A stretch of DNA of 47,740 nucleotides from Rozella allomycis CSF55 (Eukaryota). The position numbers and the translations under genes were made by a program. The stretch covers positions 62,001-109,740 of the forward strand of contig KE561067.1 of the NCBI GenBank assembly GCA_000442015.1, given 5' to 3'. Below, piece after piece: positions 36,352-47,740 of the stretch (the first letter of the stretch is position 1; the number at the start of each line of letters is the position of its first letter). The notes beneath the pieces were generated by a model, which was given only the letters and a program-made list of their open reading frames with translations, searched no databases and was not told the origin of the DNA.

Positions 36352-37975
36352 TTAAATTAAGATAGTGTCAAATAGCTGAAACCTTCGCGTATTTTGAATG
36401 GAATAATAATGAATGCAACCCTTTAGCCTCTTTAATGGATTATTGCTAGGATTATGAATTACGCCATTGTCATCAATAATCAAGCCCAGTTTATTGACAG
36501 CTTTATTTTTCAAGACATTGTATGAAGCAGAGTTCTTTAACAAATTTACTGGAGTTAAACCTGTAAAAAATGATTCCTTAAATTATTAATTTATGGGATT
36601 TACCGCTTGATCGCCGTATATAATTACAGGTAGAAATCTTCTGTCAGAATATAGAATGAGGCAAAACTTAAACTTATATTTAACTTTGTCCTCATGAGAA
36701 ATTTCACCGCACTTTGCACACTTCAAGTGGTCATCAGGTCCCTTAATGGTACCAAAGCTAGATAAATTTTAATGCATTGAATACCACTGTTGACAGAAGG
36801 GACAAACAGGTACAACCCAATCAACCAGTCGTTCCGGAAACGCACCTGCGATGGCCCCTTCAAAATGAAAAATTCCGAATACATTATTTAAAGTCTCTAT
36901 GCTCTTGGTTGAGAGAATTTGGGAATCCTGGCAATTACAGTCTATCTTTGTGCAAAGGTTTGAGGTTTTAAATGGCATTTTCACCTCTCGAGATAGTGCT
37001 GGTAGTGGATTTTGAAGCGAGCGCCTATACGATAAATTTAACCAACTTACGTGAGGATATTTTTAGCCAACGGGTGATCTGAGTCAAGAATTTTAAATAT
37101 TTCTTCAAATGGTTTACATACACTGCCTCTTAAAGAAAATATATATTTTGGTTCATCTTCTCTATTTTTCTTTACGAACAAATGCGAAATTTGGTAGACT
37201 TTGCCAAATTGAAGGGCGCTACATTGTTCAACGTGCCTATCCCAGGCAATTAATAAACTAGTGGGTGTACTGTTATTTTGAAAACTGCGATGGGTGAAAA
37301 TACGAAAGTCTTACCAAAAGTCTGGGTTTTCTGTATAATCTGTTACTTCAAGGATCAGCATGTTCTCCCGGGGTAAATCCTTTATTTTTAAGACTCTGAC
37401 CACTAAAGACACGCTTGTCATATTTTGATTGGCGTTTTTAATCTCAATAAAATCAAAAGTCTTTGGTTCAATGCAGGAAGGTAGTTCTGAATCTGTTTTT
37501 GCAAGTACAATAGCTTGCTCGATGTTAAATTGATCGCTGGCAGCAGGCGTCGATAGATCTCGAATAGGCAATGCATTATGAAAAATATTTTCTATCTCAT
37601 CGTAAACAAAACACCCAAAATCCCCCAAAGACATTCCTTTCAAGTTAGAATTCGTACTTATAACCTAATTTGTTACTTTATCTATCATATCCCATACTTT
37701 AAACTTTGTCAATACAACAACTTTTGCATTTATTTCTTCGCTAGGAGGAAAGTATGCCAAAGAACTCTTAAAGATACGTGCGTCAAAAAAGATGTTTGGT
37801 TTCTTCAAGTCTGTCAAAGTTATTGTCATCATGAAATCTATTATCACACAACGCTTGTGTTACCAGCTCCTTTACATTTTGTGGGACTTAGAATACATTG
37901 CACCCTCCCAATAATATTAATCACCTGCTTTACGAGAGTTTCGTTAATTTCTGAAGGCGAAAGTAGAATAGTCAT
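36352..37975 (-). CDS. POT1: Protection of telomeres 1 (OB1, OB2 and C-terminal OB with C4 zinc ribbon; 6 introns)
   Basis: INIIGRV...[30 protein letters not shown]...CAKC, AESFF.GL.P and CIHYY...FQLFDT. Confidence 0.85.
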
Positions 37976-37998
37976 TTAGAAAAAATCGGAAAGGCATC

Positions 37999-38897
37999 AT
38001 GATTATTTTAAATTGTTTAATGCAAGCTAGTAATGCCATGAAGAAAAAGTCAGCTTTATGGCCCGTGTTACTATGTATTGCTTTGATGAATGTTCCACTA
38101 GTCATTTGGTACATCTACATATCATTGAAGGAGCATTTTGTTTATTTGGGGCTAGTGTGTTATTTTCATACTTATGCGATAATATCAATGACTAGAGTAT
38201 TTCTGACCAATCCAGGCTATTATCCAAAGTTGGATATTGATTATTTCGAACATGTTTATAATCCAAATCCCACATATCCAGTCTCTTCTACTGATGTGTT
38301 TCCAAGCCAGATAGAACTCGAGCTAAAGGGAGTTCGGGTCATTCAGAAGTTTTGCAATACGTGTAAATTTTACAGACCTTTAAGATGTACTCATTGTTCA
38401 ATTTGCGATAGATGTGTTGGTAAAAAAAGTAGAGGTGCCTAAATAAATTAGATAGGTTTGACCATCATTGCCCATGGCTAGGGAATTGCATTGGCAGAAG
38501 AAATTATAGATTCTTCTTATCGTTTTTATGCTCATGCACAATGCTGTTAGTTGTAGTTTTTGTTAGCTCGGTAACGTTGCTAGTTAGGAACTTGAGCCTT
38601 GGGGAATCTGTTTCGTATGATCCATCAAGCATTGCAGGTATATTTCTAATTTCATACAGCTTTATTATTTTTTGGTCAGTGGGTGGCCTATTTGGCTTCC
38701 ATTGTTTCCTCGCGTCTAGAGATATGACAACAAATGAACAAGTACAAACTTTATAATCGAATGAAAAGATAAAATGGTCTATAGATAAAAGATTTAATGC
38801 AAATCAGCATCCTCCTAATTCATATGGAGGTCACCTGTTTTCAAATTGTTTTCATGTTATTTTCTCTGCACCCTGGAATAAAAAGTATGCATCGTAA
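37999..38897 (+). CDS. DHHC palmitoyltransferase, Erf2-like (2 introns)
   Basis: [48 protein letters not shown] and TTNE. Start may be 38020 or 38038. Confidence 0.92.
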
Positions 38898-38996
38898 AAA
38901 TTGTTTAATAAAATCAGCATTAAAATTAATATAAGTCTTAGCTCCTTTATTTGAATATATCTAGGTTATTTCATACTTAATTGTTTTATCAACGGT

Positions 38997-39545
38997 CTAT
39001 ATCACATGTATGACATGGCCCTGAGAAATCAAGTGTTCAACATCAGTCCTCCTAACAAAATGTTGCGAATCTTTTTCAAGAGTAATAACTCCGCTGGTTG
39101 TTAGCAAATTTCCACAATCTTTCAAAACTCTTATCTGAATAAACAAGTCTTTCGGGGGTACTAATGAAGCTCTTATGTCTAAAAATTTATACTTGGATAT
39201 CATTTTAGCCATTAAGTTTGAATAGCTTTGCAAAAAGTTGGATTCATGAGTGTTCGATTGCTGCATAACCTGATTTACTGCTCGACTACCACCTTGCCAG
39301 AACAAGCTTTGAAGCATTTGCAATCTATGTTCGTGATATAAGATCAGAGATTGTTTTCCTCTTTCAATTAAAGATTTGTAAATGTCAATATGTTTTGAAA
39401 ATGAGTCTGTATTGGCAATATCTTGTGCGGACGAATAATGTGCGCTTATTTCTTGAAGTTGTTGACGTACTGCTAGTTCATTATATGGGGAGTATATCGC
39501 ACCCTTATTTCTTTTTATTTCTTTAACTAATGATGAAGCTTGCAT
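38997..39545 (-). CDS. PSF1: GINS complex subunit Psf1
   Basis: PYNE..VR, YHEHRL, ESNFLQSY, PPKDLFIQIRVLKDCG and SQHFVRRTDVEHLISQG. An upstream in-frame ATG at 39596 is also possible. Confidence 0.93.
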   Translation of the reverse strand: MQASSLVKEIKRNKGAIYSPYNELAVRQQLQEISAHYSSAQDIANTDSFSKHIDIYKSLIERGKQSLILYHEHRLQMLQSLFWQGGSRAVNQVMQQSNTHESNFLQSYSNLMAKMISKYKFLDIRASLVPPKDLFIQIRVLKDCGNLLTTSGVITLEKDSQHFVRRTDVEHLISQGHVIHVI

Positions 39546-39594
39546 TTTTCCGTTCAAGAAAATTCGCAAATTAGGGTGTTTGTTTATATTTGCC

Positions 39595-42500
39595 ATGAAT
39601 GACTTTTACCAGGAAAAAATAATAGAGGGTGAATTTAAATGGACAAAATTTCACACTATATACAAAAGATTAGCATGTTGCAAAAGTGTTTTACTTTCCG
39701 TCTACGATGAACAAGGGAATGAAATAAAGAAAATCAGTAAAGAAAAGGATATTAAATATGTGGAATGGCACCCCCAACGCAAATTGATGGCATATGCCAG
39801 CGGTGATGATGTATATGTTTGGAATGAAACTGAAGATCGAGAAAATGTCAAAAAAGTACAGGGTAATAATATCGTTTGTTGGAATGCAATCGGAAATAAT
39901 ATTTTGATTGGAAAAGAGGTTAAATCATTTAATATAAATTAACGTTTAGGATGGAAGCGTTGTTTGTTTTAATGTAGAGGTTAGTGGAAAGATGGGCAAA
40001 GAGAGGTTGTTGTATGAAAACAAAGGGAAAAAGAGAAGAATAAATAAATTATATTCTGCGGAAGGGGATATAATTGTAATAATTTACGATGGAGATATTG
40101 TGATAATTAGCAAGGAAGACATTGTTGAGAGTGATGTACAGGGGAAGATAAAGGAATCTTTCCTAAAAGAAAATAAGTTGGTAGTTGTTTGCGAAGATTT
40201 GTTTGTTAATAAATATGATTTAGAAAGTTTTGAAAAGATTTCAATAAAATTGAGTAACAAGGGAAGAGTTGAATGTGTAACATGGATTTGTGGCAAAGAA
40301 GGAGTAAAAATGATAACGAGTGATGAAAAAAATGCGATAAAAATTTGGGATATTGAAGGATTGGGATGTGAAGAGATTGAATTAAAAGAAGAGTTTAAAT
40401 CCAATAGAATCACATGTCTAAATAGTTTTCACTCGGATATTCTGGTAGGGACTGATTCTGGCCATATATTTAAAATTAAAGTCGGCAATCAAAAGAACGA
40501 TGAAATTATCGACAAGGATTTGAATAAAGACAATAAATGCCAACCAACTGAAAAATTTCATGAACTACAATTGACTGAATTTTCTGGCGGAGGTTTCATT
40601 GAGCAAATTTTCTTTCTAAAAGAAATGATTGGAATAAAGTTGAAGAACTTTGTCAAGATATTAAGTTTGAAAAAACGATTAATTAGAAAAGAAAACGAAC
40701 AGGCTTTAATACAAAGTGATTTAAATAAAATAATTCTACTTGATAATGAGCGAAAATTTGAGATAAAAGAAGACTTTGAAATTAAGGAATTTTCAGGTTC
40801 TAAAAATAGATTTGCGGTTTCAAATCTCGAAGACATAAAAATTTACGAAGATTTTAAACAAAAAATTAGTTTAAAAGAGAACCATCAAAGAATTTATATG
40901 ATTAATGAGGCAAGTGACACAGATAATGAAAAATCAGACGGGAAAGGTAAAATTAACAAGTCTTCAATTATAGGAAAGAAAAATCCACAATCCTTCTTGG
41001 CAATCGTTGATTTTAATTCTTTAAAGATATTTGATTGGAAAAAGGGAGAAACAATATCTGCATTGGCTTTTGAAGAAATTATTTTAGAATCTATATGTTT
41101 TAACGACAAAATAATCTTAATAAATTCAAATAGAGAATTGATTTTAATTAAATTCGATAAAATTGTGGAGACAATGAAATTGGATTTCAATCATGAAATT
41201 TATCAAATTGAAATGAACGAAAATTTCGTTGGCATCTCTTCCAGTAAAAGCATTACTTTTATTTATAAAGAAAACCAATTATTTTTATTAAATTTAAACA
41301 CTTTTAAATATTCCAGCTTCTCAATAAACTCTGATTATTTTGTATTCGATTCGAAATTCCCCAATTTGATGCTTATCCAGTCCACAAATATAGTACAAAT
41401 CTTAAACTTTTATAAATTAAAGGTTTCTTTTGGATTTATTACAAATATACTGGAATTAGAGATATTTTCAACCAGATATATTTATGAAATTTCGCGATCT
41501 ACTAATGAAATTTCTGAGTCTGAAAATGCTCCCGCGAACGCTACAAAAACTTTTCAAATAATGTTTTCTAATTTTAATTATTTTAGTATATTAGTTTTAG
41601 AAAACAATGATTTTTGTTTGAAGAGGATAGATTTCAATTTTGACTTTTCACTGGATTTTCTATATGGCATTTTAATCAACGGCAAATTCTTCAAAGTTGA
41701 AGATGAAAAAATTCTTAAGATTATGGCAAAGTTCTATTTAAATAATTTTGAAAAGAATTATGAAATACTGAAAGAGTGTTTGATTAAGTTAAAGAAACCA
41801 ATTTTCATTCTTACTGGAGACCTTTCAAGGGACAAAATGATCATAAAATCTATTCTTGGTATTCCCAACGAATCCGAAAGTAATATTATCGAGGATAAAG
41901 GCAATATCCCTGTTATAAACGAAAAATGCCATTTTAACATCGAAAAACTACCCAATGACAAGAATACAATGCCTAAAAACAATAAAATAGATATCGAAAC
42001 TAATTTTGCGACACCATATTTTCAAGGTGACGACGAATTGGATCGTGAAATTTGCAATCTGAAAAATTCCATGGAAAACATTCAATTACTTAAAAATTCA
42101 TTTTCAAATAAATCCTGTTTACTTCTTAATTATCCAGAAGCTTACAGAATCGTAGGCAGGTTGGAATTTGATGGAAAAATTAACAATAATGACTTTCCTT
42201 CCCTTTCATGCTTTGAAACCTCAAATTCGTTCAACTTGTTCAAAGGGCAATTGTTGGAATCTGTAGGCTTAATATCGGAAGCTGATATGTACTACAAAAA
42301 GTCTAATAATTACTTTTATTCAAATAAACTATCAAATTCTGTATTCAATATCGATCAAATCGATGACAAAATGACCCTTTTTCATGTCGCTAAATCTTTG
42401 CAGACCTCAAATGTAAATTCCTAATTATATCTTCAAGAGGTTAATCAATCTATAAAGGCTCTTACCAAAGCTGGCTGCTTTAGATATGCGTCTCTCCTAG

Positions 42501-43861
42501 CAAAAGAAAATCATTTAGATATTGATTTATTGAATTTAGCTTTGATGGCCCCTCTTTACATTCTTCTTGATGCTGCTCAGTAACTCCTGCTTGATCTTGT
42601 AAAAAGATATTTTGAGAGCGTTAAAGATTATGAAAAAGCTTTTCTCTTATACAAGAAGGCCAATTATAATGAAAATGCACTGATTGTAGCCTTCATTGGC
42701 CAAAATCCTCATTTGATTGATCAGATCATCGCTTGCTCAATTCAATTGAGCATAAAAGAGGAATTAATAAATGACATTTCCATGTATCTTTCAAAACTAG
42801 GTATTATATTATGTATACTTATTTCTAGGTAATACAATCGCAAAAAGTTCAAAGGCAAAACTGAAAGTATAGTAGATTTGTTAACCAAGACCGGAAATCA
42901 CTCCCAAGTACCTCAATCGCGTTCATTTATTTCAAGGCAATTAAGATTTGTAAAGAATTTGGTATTAAAATGCCAAATCAATTGGCATCCATAGCATTTA
43001 AATCTCAGGACTCTCTGATTGACCTTGCCAATCTTTGTATAGAACAAGAAAATTACGAAGCTGCCTGTAAAGCTTTTCTTCAAGTATTAATGAATTAATT
43101 AATTTTCCTAGGCTAACGATTATGTCAATGCTGCAAAGTCATTAATAAAAACGGGAAACTTGGATAAAATAATTAAATTTGCAAGTAACGAGCTATATTT
43201 TCATGTAAAGATGTCGCCGGCGCTAAAGATAAACAAGTTTACATGTTGACCGCCAATTATCTTCAAACCCTGGATTGGCGGTCCAATGAATCTTTGCCAA
43301 GGGCTATTATTTCCATACTAACAAAAGCAAAATCATTTACTTCCCTAAACAACTTTTATTTTCAGTTTGCTTCTTTTGAAATCCATGATTATCAAAATTA
43401 CGAAAGAGTAACGATGTGATTTTTCCTGCGTTTAAGGCTTTGAACATATACAATGAAATGATAAAAATCAATCGCATGGGAACAAATACTAAAATAAACA
43501 TGAATGACATAATTAGAAAAATTGATTTGATTTCAAAGTACTTGGAAATGAAAAAGGCGCCAAGCTTGAGCCATTGCATTAGCATGGCAAATAAATTGCT
43601 CGATATACCCGACATAAATGTAAAACCTTAATTTTAGTCTCAAAGGATCATGTCAAAATTCTTGATATTCACTCTGGTTTGGTTTACAAAGCTTGTGAAT
43701 TCATGGAATGGTCAAAAGCTAAGGATTTGTTAACGAATATATCTAACATCCATTCGAACTTGATTGATTGTGTTGATTTTGATACTATTTCTGAAATTTG
43801 CACGCACAACAATATTCCACTAGAAACATTCATACAAAGTTACGAAAATGATTTAGAATAA
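39595..43861 (+). CDS. IFT140: Intraflagellar transport protein IFT140 (divergent WD40 N-half, TPR C-half; about 11 introns)
   Basis: EWHP..LMA; spliced C-terminus AKENHLD..L.NLAL, AAKSLIKTGNLDKIIKFANV, ANYLQTLDWR and EIHDYQNYERAL. Confidence 0.88.
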
Positions 43862-43890
43862 AAAATCGATTATTCTTTAAGCAAATGTAT

Positions 43891-44796
43891 TTATTGAGCA
43901 TATCTAAAATGATCATCGTCTATTGTACTATAGAGCTGTCCTTCATTAACAAGCCAATCAACAGAAGCCCTTCGATAAATATGTAAATTTGATTTTACCG
44001 CACATCGTCCAGCCCATAACTAGTGACTCTAGCAACTTCATTTACATTCACACCTTCTGGTGCAGTGGATCTTTTAAACACACTCAATATACGTTGAATA
44101 TGTGGTGGCATGCTAGAATCAAATGATTCAGTATGAACTGAATATTCCGGAACAGACTCATTCACTCCCAGTTGAGAGCTTGTTGGAGCCTGTACTTTAA
44201 CTGTTTGCAAATGAGCATATGCCGCGTTAATCAAATGGTGTGTCAGTTCATCGAATGTTTCAATTCTCAAAAGGACAAAAGCCGCGACGTATCGATTAGA
44301 TTGAAATGTCTTTAGACTTCCATATACTCGGAACCATTCATTTTCCCTATTAACAAAGAAATTGAGAGTTACCGGGCGTCAACATTTGGAAAATTCGCAC
44401 TCAGTAACTTTACTATTACCTGTCCAGTTCCGTCATCCATAGTTAAAGTTGTATTAGCAGCAGCTCTTTTAATTTCTTTCACGCATCCAATAAATGTAAC
44501 CTTTCAGACCAAGCCAAATTGGTTACCTGATTTAAATCATATGTTTCGAATTTGAAAGGAGAATTGTTATCATTTGGAATGGCTTGCACTGCCTCAGAAA
44601 TCATTTTTAAAGTGACAGGCCTTATTGTAGTTCCAAATGATGATTTCTAACGTGTGCAAAATTGGATTACAAAGTACCTTGATAGCAGGACTTGCTTGGC
44701 TATTGTTATCTTGGTATGTACTAGTGATAAATCCACCTGCGTCATCTAAAATTCATAAAAAACAACTTAAATACTTGAAAAACGGGATGCCATCAT
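43891..44796 (-). CDS. RFA2: Replication protein A 32-kDa subunit (5 introns)
   Basis: IRPVTLK, QVTFIGCV, DDGTG, RVYGSLKTF, ELTHHL and EGQLYSTIDDDHF. Confidence 0.95.
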
Positions 44797-44814
44797 TGTA
44801 CCCTGGTTGACAAA

Positions 44815-45764
44815 ATGTTGGAGAAGAATAGTATATACGTGGCAGCTGGTCCTGTATCATGTTTAACGAATGCACACGCTTTAGAGTATTCTTCATTTAA
44901 AAAATATGACCCAATTTTGCAGAGAACACTGTGGGTAAATTCAAATGCAGAATTTTCTTTCAAATCCGTTGATAAAGTCGAAACAAGCTGGTAAAGTTTA
45001 AAAACTAAATGACAAAGGGAAGAGAGGAAGGAATTAATTCAGGTAGATTCAGATAGAAACAGTCCGTGGCTAAAATTTCAAACAAGTACATTACATGCGG
45101 TATCAAATAACAATGTGAATATATACAATGATATTACATCTAGTAATATCGAAGTAATTGGTTTCTATTTTATTTTTAGTGTAAAATTGTCGACCCGTTG
45201 TTTAAAATGTCTGAAAAACTCGATTGTTTAGATGCCATTCAGGTGCTGCAAGACGTAAACCAACAGGAGCTTTCAAATGTAATGATGGAAAATATGGAAC
45301 AATGTTTTTCCAGGAAAAAAATCAATTCCATGCTTTTAAATAATTTTTATTACAATTATGAAAACAAGCCGTTCGAGCCTTACCTTATTTCATCCATAGT
45401 TAATATATTTGAGCATTCAAATTCATTGATCCCACTTTCATTTTCCAGTGGAAAGTCGCAATTTAAAATTCCATTCCTTAATCAGACGATAAAATTCATT
45501 TGGGAACAGTCCATTTTATCCTGCGACGTTCCAATTCGAGTAATTCAGCAATTGGAGAATTGTCAATTTTTGGACACTTCCTCGTTGACTTTTGATGACA
45601 AAATTAAGGTCCACGACAAAATGATAATTGATTGCGTTAGTAAAGAATTCATGGCGTCTCTTGAAACCTTTTTGGAGGCGAATAAGAGCCAATACACTCG
45701 AGATGATTATTCAGAAACTTACGAATACCTTATCCATTTTATCGATAAACTGAATCTAACTTAA
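44815..45764 (+). CDS. Reduced Misato/Dml1-like (tubulin-related) protein (2 introns)
   Basis: Spliced ORF from ATG 44815. IYVAAGPVSCLTNAH, PWLKF...LHA.S, SEKLDCLDAIQVLQD and DDYSETYEYL resemble Misato blocks. Confidence 0.55.
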
Positions 45765-45781
45765 AATAAATCTTTATTCAG

Positions 45782-46600
45782 CTATGGGCTTGAAGGGTTT
45801 TCAGGGCTGTGAAGGAGATAGTCTTTGATTGTCAAGACAGCAAACTTTTCTTCGCATGCCTCTAACCAGCTTTTTTTAACTATTGGGACTCCCAATCTTA
45901 TCGCTTGATCATGTTTCTGCCCGACAGGTTCATTAGCTATTAAATGTGTATTCGCCAGCGATAAACTTTCAGTAACATTAGCCCCTATCCTTTTAATCAA
46001 AATTTTCAGAGCTTTTAAGGAATCTTCTTCATAATCGTCCTCTGATATACAAAGATTTAAACATTTAAAATCATCAGAACTCAAGGTCTTTACTGTCATA
46101 ATGTCCGATTTTATTCTTCCAGCAGTTGTTCTCGCATAAAAATTGAACGAATATTCAATTTCTGGAGCTCTATATGAACCAACTTGACGTCCTTACAGGT
46201 TTGTAATCTTCCACATATTTCTTGTAATCAGCACAGATGTCGTGCATTTACTCTTATCCTTTAATATGTCTATACCACGCACCTTGCAGTTCCAAGACTT
46301 CATCTCAGATAGCCTTAATATGACAAAAGTGTCTCCGACAAATTCCACGCTCCCTTGGGGTTTTTCCGGTGCGTTGCCGTATTTTAATAAGAGGCTATCT
46401 AAAAATTGTAGAAATTTTGCATTTTCAACTCGTTCCTCAGTTTCTACACGCTCAATTGTAACCTGAATTATATTTCCAGCGTTTATTTGTGATGGTAGCA
46501 ATATCGTAGGAATTTCGATGACATGGTGATCATCTGTTAGAAGGATGGCCATTCCAGCAACCAATTTCCCAACAGTGAATTTGACTGGATTGCTACTCAT
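45782..46600 (-). CDS. CHS5: Exomer subunit Chs5 (Chs5_N, FN3, BRCT; 1 intron)
   Basis: FTVGKLVAGMAILLTDDHHVIEIPTILLP, RTTAG..KS and BRCT motif THLI...GVPIVKKSWL.ACE. Confidence 0.92.
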
Positions 46601-46836
46601 TTCTGGAATTTCATTTAGTGCATTCACCAAGAGGTAATAACATTGTGCTAAATATAGGAATTAGTGTAAATTTATTATTTTATATTATTACAATTAATTC
46701 ACGTTATTATGCTANCGGAATTTCATTTAGTGCATTCACCAAGAGCAAATAACATTGTGCTAAATATAGGAATTAATGTAAATTTATTATTTTATATTAT
46801 TACAATTAATTCACGTTATTATGCTAACGTAGCGTT

Positions 46837-47370
46837 ATGAAAATCGCTTATGCACCCTTGCATTTGACTATCATGAATGTACTTAGGCGTACCATGTTTA
46901 AGATGTACGGAACAAAACCTGACATTATACAATTAACGCACAATGCATTCCCCACACAGAATGATTCCCATGAAATTAGTTTCCCTATCGGGAGTATTCT
47001 AAATACTTTAAGTAGAGAACCCGTAAAGCTTCCAAAGTTTCTATTAACAAATAAAGAATTTAAGTATATATGGTCACGGTCAGTGACAGATAATGATGCC
47101 TCCAAGTCTCAAATGTTCACAGTGTTGAGCGAACAAATGAATTCACAAGATTTAATGAAAACGTTAAAAGAGAAAGAACGTCATATTAAGCCACGAGATA
47201 TGCGTTTTAAAAGACAAATAAAAACGGATATAATAAAATTTAGAGAAATGGTTGCGAAAACTAGTCGGGAGGTGACAGCAGCAATGCAGTACAACTATGG
47301 TGTTGATTTGGAAGAGATTAAGAGAAGAAAAACCATGATTATGCAAGAAAAAGAAAACGACAATAAATAA
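46837..47370 (+). CDS. Probable mitochondrial ribosomal protein bS21m (Mrp21-like)
   Basis: Basic presequence-like N-terminus; LKEKERHIKPRDMR...KFREMV resembles the bS21 core. Start uncertain. Confidence 0.5.
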   Translation: MKIAYAPLHLTIMNVLRRTMFKMYGTKPDIIQLTHNAFPTQNDSHEISFPIGSILNTLSREPVKLPKFLLTNKEFKYIWSRSVTDNDASKSQMFTVLSEQMNSQDLMKTLKEKERHIKPRDMRFKRQIKTDIIKFREMVAKTSREVTAAMQYNYGVDLEEIKRRKTMIMQEKENDNK

Positions 47371-47564
47371 AAGTAGGATGTTTGAATTGGTTTATTTTCC
47401 AAATCCTGATGTCAACTACTATTAATTTGATGTACTCAATTCTCTCTTGTAAGGAGGTTTAATAAATAGTACGTATAGCCCAACTACAAATGATTAAAGG
47501 AATGAACAATTTTCCCCTTTTGATTTTGAACAAAATATGTTTTATATTATGTATCAATATTGCA

Positions 47565-47636
47565 GGGTGTGTAGCTCAGTGGCAGAGCTTTCGACTGCAG
47601 ATCGAATGGTCGCTGGTTCAATTCCGGCCGCACCCT
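47565..47636 (+). tRNA. tRNA-Cys (GCA), intronless
   Basis: Acceptor stem GGGTGTG/CGCACCC; D-arm GCTCAGTGGCAGAGC; anticodon arm TTCGA-CT-GCA-GA-TCGAA (47597-47599); GGTTCAATTCC T-arm; U discriminator; TTTT terminator. Confidence 0.97.
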
Positions 47637-47740
47637 TTTAGCATTTCATTGCTTCAAACCTTTTTCAATTGGCTATTTAATCAAGAAATTATTGTTAAAA
47701 TTAAAATTTTTCTCTTTAGGAATGTGCCCAGTGCCCACAT

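Noticed and set aside
40084-41982. Antisense ORFs within IFT140 and other genes
   Set aside because: They are shadow frames of codon-biased sense genes with no independent motifs.
43970-43998. Possible GT-CG intron (26 nt) in RFA2
   Set aside because: A canonical AAG at 29 nt gives VRASVDWL, which matches RPA32 spacing without an extra residue.

Overview
This is a gene-dense, AT-rich eukaryotic nuclear window with about 36 protein genes, a tRNA-Cys and 9 single-N contig joins. Fungus-type genes (Chs5, Opi1, Ino2/4-like bHLH, Cdc15/SepH, Rmt2) occur with a flagellar gene (IFT140), which points to a compact zoosporic fungus or fungus relative, plausibly Rozella/Rozellomycota (inference). I hand-spliced roughly 100 ultra-short introns, all 26-35 nt and almost all starting GTA. 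The main candidate for new biology is the splicing system. At least three introns in conserved genes (MPS1, CDC15/SepH, a mitochondrial carrier) end in TG and one apparently in CG, rather than AG. Six introns skip an AG at 24-25 nt in favour of a GAG at 26-27 nt, suggesting a hard length floor. IFT140 has two back-to-back minimal introns with a zero-length exon, a recursive-splicing signature. Other notable items are a decayed Polinton-like virus/virophage capsid island (about 4.9-9.1 kb), an adjacent Ino2/4-like bHLH and Opi1 pair with UASINO-like boxes, and extreme gene packing with stop codons embedded in AATAAA. All splicing and homology calls were made by eye and need RNA-seq or HMM confirmation.
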